Below are positions 11,306-43,480 of a stretch of 64,000 nt of DNA, one piece after another. Within the stretch, counting starts at the first letter, position 1. Each line of letters starts with the position of its first letter. Source of the DNA: Camelus ferus (lineage: Eukaryota). The translations under genes were made by a program, and so were the position numbers. The stretch lies in NCBI RefSeq assembly GCF_009834535.1, contig NC_045701.1, forward strand, positions 93,186,001 through 93,250,000, given 5' to 3'. The notes under the pieces are model-generated. The model did no database searches. It saw only the letters and a list, made by a program, of their open reading frames with translations, and was not told where the DNA came from.

Positions 11306-12399
11306 AAAAAAACTTCTTAGAATTTTTAAATAAATAAATCCCACACAGAACCCTGGATTGGATCCTGGAACAGAAAAGGAACATCAGTGGAAAAACCGAT
11401 GAAATCGAAATAAGTCAATAAAAGGGAGAAAATGGGATGTTAAAAAATACTCATTGCAGTCCAAAATGAGGCTGACAGAGAAGAAAGAAGGCACAAAGAG
11501 CCAGCGGGACACGCAGAACAGCAGGAGGCTGTTGCATCTCCGCCCAGTCTACCTGCGGCCCCACTGGCGGCACCAGGACGGAGGTCCGTCGGAGAGCCCA
11601 GGCAGCAGCGCAGAGCACGCCCCCCGCGTCTGCTGTCCGCAGAAGTTCACCTTCCGACTAAAGGCACAGAAGAAGTGAAAGGATGGACTACGTAGCTACC
11701 GAGAGATGAACCCGCCTGTGAGCAGGCAGCCACTGGGTGGCGGCGTCCTGACCCCAGCGCGAAGCACCCAGCTGCACCCCCCTTGCTGGCTCCTCACCCA
11801 GAGCTGCTGACCGGCCCACAGCCCCCAGGGCCTCGTCTGCAGCATGCAGTGCGGTCAGCGCCTCGTTTACGCACACCTGCCGAAATGCGGGCACTCCATG
11901 TGCTGAAGGCTCCTCTGTTCCTGACTTCCTGTCCCTCTGGAGGCCGGCCCAGGGCTCAGAAGAGCAGGGTGGGACACGGAAAGGCACCACAGCCTCCCTG
12001 CAGCCCAGCTGGTCCTCACTGCCCAGGCCCCTCCCTGTCTGCTCTGGTCTTTTCTCCCCCAGGTGCCCGTCTCCTTGCACCCCCACTGCTCTGCCTGGAA
12101 GGTCAGGGTGTTCTCAGGGAGTCCCCCTTCCCTCTTTTCCTCGTGGCCACACCCACCTGGCTGGGACACACAAGATTGTGCTTGTGTCCAGGTCATGACC
12201 TTGAAGCCTGTCCGGGGCCACAGGAACGGTCCCTAAGGCCATCACCCAGTCACTCCCACAGCCCAGTCATCCCCCCATCAGCTAAGGGGTCCCGAGGGAA
12301 GGAGCAGCTCATGCCCCTCCACCTGGCCAGCTGGGCCCCCCGACGCCCAGCTTCAGCTCCGTTTTCCACAGCACGCCTGCCACGTCAGGGTACCACTTG

Positions 12400-13170
12400 C
12401 TCCAAGTTTGAGGATACACTGCTGTGTTTCCTGGTTTCTACAATACCCTTTTCTTTACTGTGTTAAAACACACGTGACATAAAAGCCCCTGAACCTCTTT
12501 CAAGAGCACATTTCTGTAGCGTTGAGTGCATTCACATGGTTGTGCATCCGTCACCACCATCTGTCCCCAGAACCTTCTCATCTTCCCAGACAGAAGCTCT
12601 GTCCCTGCTGAACACCACTCCCCTCCCCCAGCCCCGGCCCCCCCACCCTACTTTCTGTCTAAGAATCTGACGGCTCTGGGACCTCAAGTAGGTGGAGTCG
12701 CACAGTTTCTGCTCCTTTGTGGCTTCCTCTTCACTCAGCGTGACGTCCGCAGGGCCCATCCGTGTTGGGCAGGTGTCGGAATTTCCTTCTTTCCCCAAGG
12801 CCGGATGACATTGCGTCGTGTGGCTGGACCACGTCTTGGTAGCCCCTTCGTGGTCCACGGGCAGTTGGGCTGCATCCACGTTTTGAGGCTACGGTGAAGG
12901 GTGCTGCTAGAGGTGCAGGGTTACCTCCTCCAGACCTGCCTGCTCGCGACTCTTCGTGGTGCGTATCCAGAGTGGAATTGTGGGGTCACTGCAAACTCGT
13001 TTCTCAAGGACCCTCCCTGCTGTTCTCCATTCCCTCCAGCAGTGCCCAGGGCTCCAACTTGACGCGTATGTTTATGTATCTGAAACCTGAATCCAAAGCA
13101 TCACTTAATAGGTAACATTTGGTGTGTTTGTGGTTTCCAAAAAAACTGTGTACTGGAGTGAAACCACCAG
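12400..13170 (-). mobile_element. L1MB-type 3' fragment
   Basis: attcacatggttgtgca.ccgtcaccaccatc..cagaac.ttctcatcttccca..gggcccatccgtgt..tgggctgcatccac. Confidence 0.75.
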
Positions 13171-14020
13171 TTCTGTAAAGGACTGCCCAGAGGAGAACTG
13201 GGCTGCTCTGGACACCGCCCCCAGCCGGACTGACCCCCACGACCCCATGCTCCTTGCCGGCACCCCCTCCAGCAGAAGAGGGGTGGCCACCCACCACAAG
13301 GAGTGCCTTTTTGTCAGGGCCAACAGTCCAGGAGCCTGGAGAGGCAGGCAGCTCCTGCCCCCTCCCCTAGGCCTGGCTGCCAGGTCCTGTGAACGTCTGG
13401 TAGTCGCATCCCTGGCCGCACCCCAGGACAGATGCGGCAGCTGGGGCTCCGCCCACCCCTCCGCGGGCACCTGGGCTGGAGCTGGGCAGCTGACTCCTCT
13501 CCACGCCCACAAGGTGGCGCCCGTCTCATGTCCCGCTGGGCTGCTCGGGCTCAGGGCGGGTCCCCCTGTCCATGTGGTCACTGTCCCAGGCTTGCTGTGC
13601 CACCCCCAGCAGGTGGCTCTTTGGGGCCTCCTTGGGGCCCAGGGCCTGGCTGTGGTGAGTCTCCACCTTGACCAGCTCTGGGTCCTGCAGGGTCCCACTC
13701 CTTCCTGTGGTCAGAGTCTGCCGGGTGGACAGAGCTGGTGGGTAGATGGCCGTGCAGTCTGGGTGGCCTCCTCAGGGGCATGAGGGTGGGGTGAAGCCAG
13801 GTGGGGACAGGGATGGCCAGGGTATCTCCCCTCCAGCGAGCCTGGCCGGAGCTGGGTCGCGGGACATCTTCCCTCAAAGGCCATCCCTGAGGCCGCGGGG
13901 TGGGCCGACCCCAGCACAGGCCAGGCAGGAAGGATAGGGCGCTCCCCCACAAGCAGGCCAGCCACACGCTCCTTCACCCTTCACCTAGCAAATCAAGCCA
14001 CAAAGCTGAAAAGCAATTTT

Positions 14021-14026
14021 TTTATT
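14021..14026 (-). terminator. AKT1: AKT1 polyadenylation signal AATAAA
   Basis: tttatt on + strand about 870 nt past the stop, with a GU/U-rich downstream element on the - strand. Confidence 0.8.
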
Positions 14027-14893
14027 GAAGAATTTAGGGGGAAGGCTCATAATAGTAAAAATACTAAAGTTGAATATAAAAAAACGCCATGGTGCAGTGC
14101 AGCGTCTGGCCGGGAGGCACGGGGGATGCAGCAATGGCCCCTCCAGAGGGCGCTGGGGCGGGGCTGGGGTGACAGCGGGAGAGTGAAGCTTCTACAGGAC
14201 AAGTGCTACAGGGGAAGCCATCGGGGAGGGCGGTCCCGACAGGACGGGGTGGACAGAGGGCTTTCTTCTAAGATGAACAACCCCCAATATGCACGTGAAC
14301 AGCATGAGACACAGCAACAGATTCCACCTGGCTCCTCTCATGGGCAAGCCCCAGCCTGACCCCGTCTCAGGGCCGCCTTCCTCCAGGCTCAGCACCAGGG
14401 GCTGCCGCGCGGCCCACCCTGAGGGAGAAGGGGCCAGGCCAGCACAGCACGCCCAGGTTGCTTCTGGGGCCCCCAGGTCGGGCCCAGACAGATGCAGCCG
14501 GGGACAGCTGGCGAGGGGGACGGAGGGACTGTGGGCAGGGGGCCCACCCTGACCCCGACTGCCCGTGGCTGCAGAAGTCCTCAACAGTTCCCCACATGAA
14601 TCTAATCTCTCTGAAGGTCGAGGCCACGTCTGGAGAACCGGATGAAATAAATTAAGAAAAACTGCCGACCATTCTCCCCTGGCCCTGGCTGGCCAGGGGG
14701 GACGCCGCCCAAGGCAGGCAGCCCTACCCACAGCACGCAACCGGAGCGGCATGGTTCCGCCCAGACGCATCCAGAAATAAAGGGCATTAAATACAGATCA
14801 CCCCCAGCGAGGCTTCCTCCCGATCCTCGGAAGCCGTCTTCCGGAGCACATGGCTGCCCATGGCAGTGTCCTGAGCGCACCCGGCTGGCCCCC

Positions 14894-34864
<19,971 letters not shown>

Positions 34865-35280
34865 GGTGCCGAGGCTCCTGTGGGCCGACACAGCCCAGAC
34901 CACGCTCACACTCCTTTCAGCAGGGTCCTCCCCGAGCCCAACCACCACCTACGGCCTCTGGAAGAAGCAAAGGGAAGTGTAAGGCTGTGCTGGGCTTGGG
35001 GACACTCCTCATACCCCCAGGGGAGCCTTCAGAGACACTGCCACCCCCAGCACTGCCTTCCTGCCACAGAACCTGATAGAGTTCATGTCACTCACATGGC
35101 TCCTTAGGCCAAGGCCTCCCCTCCACCTGGGTTTCAAGTCCCTTGCAACCACCTCTCCTGGACCCCCAAGCCCTCAGAGCTCACTGTCCCCCCTTATTGC
35201 CCTCATTCCCACCTCCTGGCCTTTGTACAAATCACTCCCTCCCCAAAAAGGCCCTCCTGGTATATCCTGGCTTCCTTAAC

Positions 35281-35763
35281 CTGCTGACCCAGCAGAAGCC
35301 AATTCTTCCAGGTAGACCCCCCTGACTGCTTCGGCCCACACCACTCAGCCTCCCCAATCCTCTGGTGAGGGTGCCCAGTTCTCCCTGTCCATGGTGTTCC
35401 TGCCCTCAGGCTGGGGTTCCCAGGTAAGACACAGGGCTCCTCCTCCCTGCCCCAGACTGGGAGAGGAGAGAAATTCAAACATGAAGAAGTCAGGGCCAGG
35501 AGTGCAGGCGGCTAGTGCAAACGAGAGCCCGGGGCCCTCCAGGGTGACATGAACCCCCCCCCCATCCACCCCAAAGAAACCCCAAGCCCCTCCTAAACCA
35601 CAGCGCCCCTGCCAGTCTGAATCTGGTTCATTCATTCGGCCCACATGTACCCAGTATCTTTGGTTTTGCCAGGCTCAGCACTGGGCGATGCGGACAAAGA
35701 GAGGTTCAGATGAGCCCTGTCTGTAACGAGCACCCAGTCCAGGGTGGTTACAGACCCATAATC
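35281..35763 (-). other. AKT1: Candidate AKT1 alternative non-coding first exon
   Basis: - strand reads ATTATGGGTCTGTAACCACCCTGGACTGGGTGCTC...ATGAATGAACCAGATTCAGAC, like the recalled 5' end of a human AKT1 transcript; candidate donor CAG|GTTAAG at 35280. Confidence 0.55.
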
Positions 35764-36999
35764 ACAGCATTCAGGAAGCAACAAATGGGGGGGGGGGTGC
35801 CTGCACAAATGCAGAGGCACTGGCACCGCCCTGCAGTGGCCCACCAGCAGCCTTGGACACTCTGGTCATTGATCTTGCACAGCCCTCCCCATGGCTCCGC
35901 CACTAGATGAACTCCTAGGCATCCCTCAAAACCCAGTTCCCACGTCACTGGTTCCAGGCATCCTGCGAGAGGACACTCTTCCCGTGAACAGTCCTCTGCT
36001 ACCCCTCCTGATGGGCAATCCTGAGGGCAGGCCAGTAAAGACTCCTCCCTGGGACCCCCCCAGGCCAGGCAGAGACCCTGAGTACTCTGGAACAGATCCC
36101 TCTCAATGTGGGTCTTCCTACAGCCGCCTAGACACTCTCCTGCAGCCCAGCTTATTGGCCTCCTGAGGCATGGGCTGGGCATCCAGAGAAGGTCGCTGTG
36201 CACTGATGATCTTAGGCTAAATTTGGAAGGACAGGAAGACCCCACTCACTGCCCCGTGTCTGACACAAGGAGAGGAAAGATGCTCTTTGCCTGAAGAAAG
36301 TGCAGGCCCACAGGCAGGAATGGCGACACTGGAGGAAGACCCCGGAGGAAGACCCCACCAAGGACAGGGCTCTGAGCTCCACAGGGCATATAGGTACAGG
36401 GGACTCTGGTCACACTTGGGTGGGCGTGGCCTGGAGGCAGAGGGCGGGACTCAAAGACCTCTGGACTTCCCCCCACCCCGAATTGGGAGTGAGCAAGGCC
36501 TGCCGCTGACAGAGTCAGACAGCTGCCGAGAGCCCCGTATGTAAAAGTGTATCTGCGCACACACACAGGGCAGTGTGCATCTGCACAGAAATGCGCACAC
36601 CAAGCCAGCGCCAGGGCTGCCTCTGGGCACAGGGCGGGAGGCACGGAGGGGCCCTCTGTTTCCCGCTGCTTCTGTACTGGGGGTGCCTGCACCATACAGG
36701 TGTACTACTACTATTGTTACTTAAGTCACAACTTTAAAAAAATAATCATCATCTATGCTCTGAAGGGGCCCTCTGCCTCTGCCTCCAAAACACTGTTTTA
36801 TGATCTGTTATGTCTGGCTAGGTGGCAGGGAACCAAGCCTCCACCAGTGTACCCCGATCCTTACTTAGACCAGGGGCTCAGAACGGTCAGGGCTGGTCTG
36901 GAGCTAGGTGGGAGGAGGCCAGGAGTGAATGCCGCGGCCCATGGCCCCAGCTCTGTCCACCACGGCCATACTTAGGAACCAGTCCCACCCACTGACAAG

Positions 37000-38060
37000 T
37001 TCACCAGCTGCCCCGGGATACCCCAGGTCGGGCCACAGGGCCCAGCCGCCCTCCAGGCCCCAAGCCTCTGGGGTGGGTGGAGAGCACTCCAGAACCCACC
37101 CAGGTCAGGAACCAGTTTCTGGGCCCAGGAGGGTTGTAGTCCTTTGTGGGCTGGCCTGGGCACCTAGCCACCATGTACAACTTTCTGTCTACGGGAAAAC
37201 GAGGTCTCCTTCCAGGGCCCACCCACAAACTTGAACGAGGGCCGGGGCGAGCCTTTTCCTCAGCCCCCCGAGCACCTCCTGTGCGCCGCGCCCCGCTGGC
37301 CTGGCGCCCGGAGAGCCCCCGGCCGCAAGGGTGTCCCAGCCTCCGGCCCTCGGCGCCCGGCCGCACCCCTCCGCCGCGGCCCGGGCCTCGCCCGGCGGAG
37401 CCGCTTCCCCAAGGTCATGAGGGAGGCAGGGGCCGGCGGCCCGCACCCCCGGCGGCGGCCCGGCCCGCGCCCTCCCCGCCCAGGCCGCGCTCGGCCACTT
37501 CCTGCTCCCGCTCCTCCATTCCGGCTGCGCGCGGCCCGCGCCCGGGCCCCGCCGGCCGCGAACAAAGCGGCCGGGCCGCGGGGAGGAAATCCGGGCCCGG
37601 GCGGCGGGCGGCGGCGGGCAGGCGGGCAGGCGGGCGGGCGGGGACTCACCGGGCGCCGCGTCCGGCGCGAGCGCGGGCCTAGCCGGGCCGCGGCCTCCGG
37701 CGCCCGCCGCTCCGCATCCCCGCGGGCCGGCCGGCCGGGGCCGGGCTGGAGGCCGCGGCGGGCGTTGCTCGGGCGGGCCTCGCGCGCCGCCGGACCCGGA
37801 GCTCGTGCGCGGCCGCCGGGTCGCTCCTCCGGGCTGCGCTGGCTGCCCTGGCTGCGCTGGGCCGGCCGCCCGCCCGCCCGCCGCGCTCGGTCCCGCCGGC
37901 CCGCCCTCTCCCCGCCCCGCGCCCGCCCCGCCCGGCCGCCCGCCCACATCCGCCTCCGCCGCCCGCCCGGGGCGCCCCCACCGCGGGCCGGGAGCTCGCG
38001 AAGGGGGCCAGGGCCGAGCGGCTAGCTGAGCCCGGCCGGCCGCCGCCCCGCTGCTGGGGC
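37000..38060. promoter_or_regulatory. AKT1 CpG-island promoter
   Basis: Very high CpG/GC density, GC boxes, ETS core CAGGAAGTG near 37495-37503 (- strand). Confidence 0.85.
37650..37950 (-). other. AKT1: AKT1 non-coding first exon (upstream CpG-island promoter); 5' end approximate
   Basis: GC-rich exon ending ...GGACGCGGCGCCCG|GTGAGT (donor at 37649); resembles the recalled human AKT1 exon 1. Confidence 0.75.
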
Positions 38061-41000
38061 CTGTCCCCAGGCCACGTCCTCTCTGGCCTCAGTTTCCCAG
38101 TTTGTCCAGTGAGCCCGCACTTCTCGGCCCAGTTCTATGCACGGCCTTGTTAAAAGGGCTGGTCTGGGACGACTTCTGGGCTTCTGCCTCCAATGAGTGG
38201 GGGTCGGGAGGGGGTCAGGTTAGTCCGACTTTCAGAATGCACCCTGAGTGGGTAGCTCCAAGATGGTGAGCTGGGGGCTCCAGGGGCCAAGACTGTCCTA
38301 AAATACCCATCCAAGGCCCCTGCGGAGCAAGGGCAGATCCCCCTTAGGGCGTGCAGGAGGCTGGCTGGAAGGTGGACACCGGAAGTTCTGGGGCCAATGG
38401 GTCATCTATGTGCTGAACACCTACTGTGGATCTGGCCCTGGGCTGGGCCCTGGAGTAACAAGGAGTCTGAGCCTTCCATCCCTGGAGAGGTCTTCCCCCA
38501 CCCCCACCCCCACCCCCCCCACCCCCAAGGAAGGTACTGACAGCTGGCAGCTACAAATGTAGGTGGGGACTCCATGCGGTGATGGAGGGAGAAGAGGGCC
38601 ACAGAGACCGGTGGAAGGGCATCCACCTGTCACTGGCTTCATTCAGCACATCTGGCCTGGAGTGGCCACCCTGAGCTGGGTGCAGACACCCAGAGGGGAT
38701 GCCGGGAGCCAGGGCAGAGGCAGACCCAAGAGGAGCTGTGACAGCTGAGGCTGCCCAGTATCGGCCCTCGTGTCCACTGGGGGACAGCTAAGGGGCCAGC
38801 GAGGGGGAGGGACTCCAGCCTTCTCCTCCTACAGATTCACAGGACACTGCAGACAGCTTTGGCCCCGACCCCTCCCCGGGCCCCTGCAGAAAGTCTCTCC
38901 GACAGCTGCCCCTCCCCCCAACCCGGAGGGAGGCCTCCAAGTTGACGGTAATCCTTCTGTAAAAGGAAGCCTCGTGAGCTACCTTTCCAGGGTTGATATG
39001 TATTTGGTGGGAAGGAGGGCATTTTTGTTCTTCATCCAGGGTCAGAGTTCAGCCTGGGGAGTACAGACACTTCATCTGGGTCAGAGGTAGGAGCAGCTAG
39101 GCACTCAGGACAGCGTCCACAGCTGAAACTGGGGCTCCGTGCCTGCCTCCTGGGGCTGTCCTAGAGAAGGACACTCCCCAGGGAAGGACTGTCTCCCCTG
39201 TTCAGGGTGACACGCTCCTCGGGACAAGGACTCCCAGTTCCTGGTCTCTCTCCTTGGCACGCCAACCTTGTGACCCCAAACAGCTGTTCCAGCTCTGAAC
39301 GTGCACCCCCAGGCCCTGCGTCCAGGGGGCTGAGGGAGAGGCCTGACCAGTCCATGCTGCTGGGGCCAGACACCTGACCTGAGAGTCACCCCCAGGTGTC
39401 AGACAGCTGACCATCGCTCATCTCCCAAACCCTCCCTGTGGGCCCTCAGGGGACAGGCCCTCTGGGACTTTCCCATCCACTCACTGCTCTCCCAGGAGGG
39501 GTTTCCGCACCCTCTCCCATCCTGGGCTGGTGAGGATAAGAACAGATGGGGCCACTGGTGAGGGGCGGGGCATAGCAGTGGGAGGGCGCCCTCTCGTGGA
39601 CAATATAGTGACTCCTAGGGCCTGCTGGCCATTTAAAGAACATTTTGGCCAGGAGGCGGCGTCTCAGTGGTCCAAAGCCTCCCGGCTTCCTCTCCGCTGG
39701 CCATCTCCAGGAGGCCTCCCTGCCCGGTCTGCCCGCCGAGCGCCTGTGACCTGCTGTGAGCCCCACTCCCCATCCTGCGCGGCGCCCTTCGGTGCTGGTG
39801 TGAGCCTGCCGTGCGGCTGGGGCATCTCTGCGGGTGGGGCTAGTGCCCTCCTCTGACCTGTGGAGGGAAAACAGAGCCCCTCTCCTCAAGAACACCTCCC
39901 ACCCACCTGCCCCCCAGGAATGGAATGTCAGGGGGAGGACCCAGCCCCACACGCCCACCTTGACCGGGGACGGGGGCCCTTGGCCAGGTGTTTGCAACAG
40001 AAATGGCTGCATGGGGCCCCGGGGAGGATGATCTGTCACCTTCTGCAGCTGCTGGCTGTCGGGCAGGACTCAGGGACCAGCGAGCTGGGCTGCCTGGTCT
40101 CTACAGCAGCTGCAGGACAGGGCCTCGGTGCAGCTCCCAGGCCAGATGGCCGCCTGGCCGCCTGGCCACTGCATTCGGGGCACCTCTGCTCCCACCACTG
40201 CGACGGCCTCCTGTCATCCTTGGGCCTGCGACTGTGCCAGGCCAAAGAGGGATCTGAGGGCTGAGGGGCGGACAGCACACCCGAGACTTCACTCCAGGAG
40301 GACTCAGTGCAGACCTTCTGACCTGAACAGCCCCGAGGCGCCTCTCCCACTGTCCCCTCCCCAGTCACATTCCTCCTTCTCCTCCAGACACCCCTACTGG
40401 CCTCCCCAACCCCAGCCTCTTGCTGGGAGTGTCCTGACCTGCTCTGACCCGTCCCCATGCCCCACAGCTTCTATCAGGGCCCCAAGGAGCCAGGCAGGGA
40501 AGGCTGGGACACTCTGCCTGCCTAGGGTCTCACTCTGGAGCCCCCGGGGGCCTGTCTCCCCTCCCTGCCTCTGGGCTCAGGGCTGGCCTGTGGAGGCAGG
40601 GCTGCAGAGTTGGCAGAGCAGAGCAGTCAGGGTCAGGATGGCGGTATCCCACAAACACCATCACTGTGCTTTCGCTGAAGATTACTCAATTACTCCCTTG
40701 CTTTGTGTCCCCCCAACTTCTTGGCACCAGGGACACCGTGGAGAGTGTGGACTAGCAAGGTCACGTGACCTGGGGAGTTGAGGGGGAGCTTAGCCGGTGT
40801 GCTCAGGAAAGGCCACTCCTGGGGGTGCTGCCGGAGCAGACGGGAACAGGGAGGAGCCAGGGAAGGGCTCGCCGGGGAAACACATGTGGAACCTGAGTGG
40901 CTGGCCATGAAAGGCCCTGGGGTCCGGCCAGGCCCTGCAGTTAATCTTCCCATTTTGCAGATGAGACTACTAAGATCCTCAGAGGTGAAGTGTCATACTG

Positions 41001-42449
41001 TCATACCCAAGTCTGGGACAGGGCAGGGGCAGTGCTCGGACCCAGGCAAGACCCAAGGTGGCAGTCCCATCTGGCTTCACCCTCATCAGACTGGAACTCA
41101 GCTGCTCCCACTGGGGGCTGGGGCAGAGCCGGTGGTGGGGGTGGTTTAGCCCTCCTCAGGAAGAGTCCCCAGAGAGCAAGGGCCAGGGGAGCCAGGGTGG
41201 TTTCAGTGGCTCTGAGTGCAGGGCAAATCCAGGGTTCCAAACTGTGACTGCCGAATTTAGGAAATTAAAAAATGCAAGCTGTCCAGGCAAATCTGAATTT
41301 CAGATAAACAAGGAATAATTTTTTCAGTGTAAGAATGTGGCTTTCCTTCCCACAGACTTTCGATCCTAACTGCAGTGGGTCCCCAGGCCTCTGGCCACTC
41401 CTCTGCCCTCCAAAACACCGTGGTTTGAATAGAATCCCTGGGCGGCCACCCCCGACCCCCATCTCACAGCAGGTACTCCCTCCTCCCAGGGGTCCTGCAT
41501 CCCATGGGCACGGCTGGAAGGTTCCCCACACCTCACCTCTTTCAGCTTCCTCTGCCCTTGTAGACCTGGCCAGCTGGGGGTCCCATCCTCTGTCATTCCA
41601 GCCCCTCCCCCAACACCACCCCCACTTCTAGTCAAGGCCTCCTTTCTGCCCCTCCGCTGAACCCTACTCCACCCATCCTCCATCCCCCACCCCCACCCCA
41701 GGCTGCTGGGCTGTGCAGGTGGAAATTCAGAAGGACACTGCAAGATTTGAATCCTTGTTCAACAATCTACTGCCTGCTGTGTGGCCATGGGCTCCTTACC
41801 TAACCCCCACCAAACGGGTGTGATAATCAGAGCACCCAGCTAACGGGACTGTGGTGGAGAGCTGAACTGTGCTACACGGTGCCTCAATCCTGCTCCGGCA
41901 AGAGCGGCTGGGAAAAGACACCGAGCCAACAGTAAGTCCACCTCACCCCGGTGCCCCAACCTCTCCAAAGTCACTGCTATTGTTCTCGGCCTTTTTCCTT
42001 CCCTGGGGCCCTCTCGCAGCTTCACAGTGCTCTTCCACCTGAAAAACTGTGACCCTGGGGTGCCAACCCAGCCCCTTAGAGGTGTGTCTGCTCCCTGAAT
42101 CCTTTCCCACTGGCTCTGGGCTCTGGGTGCGTCTCCCCTCTCTTCATCACCGCCATGGTCCCCTCACCCTATCGTGTCTTCTGGAACGTGCCCTGTCCCC
42201 CAGGCTTTCCCCACACACAGCTCAGTGCGCCTGGCTCCCAGCAGAGGCTGTCCTAGGGCCCTCTGAGAGGATGAGAGTTCTCCGTTCTGGACTCCAATGT
42301 CCAGATCCCGCCTGAGTGTTTGGATGAGGATCCCAGCTAACATGACTTAGGCTCTCAACGAAAAAGGGGGTGTCATCTTCTCAAAATGTACTAACTCCCC
42401 CTTCTCCATCCCCCAGCAGGCGCCCTGTGAGGTGGCAGGGGGCCAGGGT

Positions 42450-43480
42450 CCCGGCTCTGCCTTCGGGTGACTGCCAAAGCGCCGGCCAGGCGAGGAGCTG
42501 GTCCTCGGAAGGGGTCCCTTAACAGACGGGCACAGTTGGGACCCCATGTGGGGGGACACCAAGGCCGAGGCAGCAAGTATCGCGAGAGAGCCCCCTCTCT
42601 CGCCGCGCCCCGCGTTCCCTCCCACCCCAGCGCCCCAGATGGCGGCGCGCGGGGCCCGACCGGGCGGGGCGGACAGGGAAGGGGCGGCGAGGGTGACCTC
42701 AGCGGTTCCGCCGCTCCGGGAAGTCGCCTCGGCCCGCCCCCTCCAGCCCCCGCCCCGAGTTTCGCTCTCTCCGGGGCGGGGCGAGCGGCGGGTGGTGCTG
42801 GGCCAGCCAAGTTGGAGCGCGCCCCGCCCGGCACACTCCCCGTCCCCGCGCCCTCCCCGCCGGGGCGCTGCCCGCAGCTCCGCACGCGCCGGAGTGGCAC
42901 CGGGGAGGGCGCGCGGCGCGGGCAGCGGCCGGCGAGGAGCTCGGGGCGGCGGAGGTGAGCGCGAGGGGCGGGCGCCTGGCTCTGCCCGCCCCGCCCGCCG
43001 GCCCGCTCCCCGCGGCCGCACTGCCATAAATGGGGCCCGCGGCGGCGGCGGCGGCGGCATCTGGCGGGCCGGGCGGCAGCTGGAGGCGGCGTGGAGGCGC
43101 GGCGGGCCGGGGCGGCGGCGGCGGCGCGGCAACTCCGGCGTCGGGGGCGCGGCGGGCGGCCGCCGAGGAGTGAAGTTCAGGGCGCCCTGGCGGGGGAGGG
43201 CGCACCGAGCGGGGACTCGGGCAGGTTCGCGCGGCTCTGGCCCCCTCCGCCCGCGCCCCGGGACCCGCCCCCGCGACGGAGCGGCTTCTGTTTACTTTCG
43301 ATCGAGTTTTTCCTGCTCGGGGCAGGTGCCCAGGGCGGCTCCCGGCGGGCAGTTACGCGCGGCGCCCCTCTTCCCGCGTTGCTTGCACCCGGGAAGGGCT
43401 CGTCGGACGGCCAGGGGCCAGCGGCGTCCCCAGGCGCGCTCACGGCGTCCCGTTTGTGCCCAGGTGATGACCGCGGCGAC
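42450..43480. promoter_or_regulatory. ZBTB42 CpG-island promoter/5' region with CArG/TATA-like CCATAAATGG (43024-43033) and short GGC runs
   Basis: CpG-dense; motifs read directly. Confidence 0.75.
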
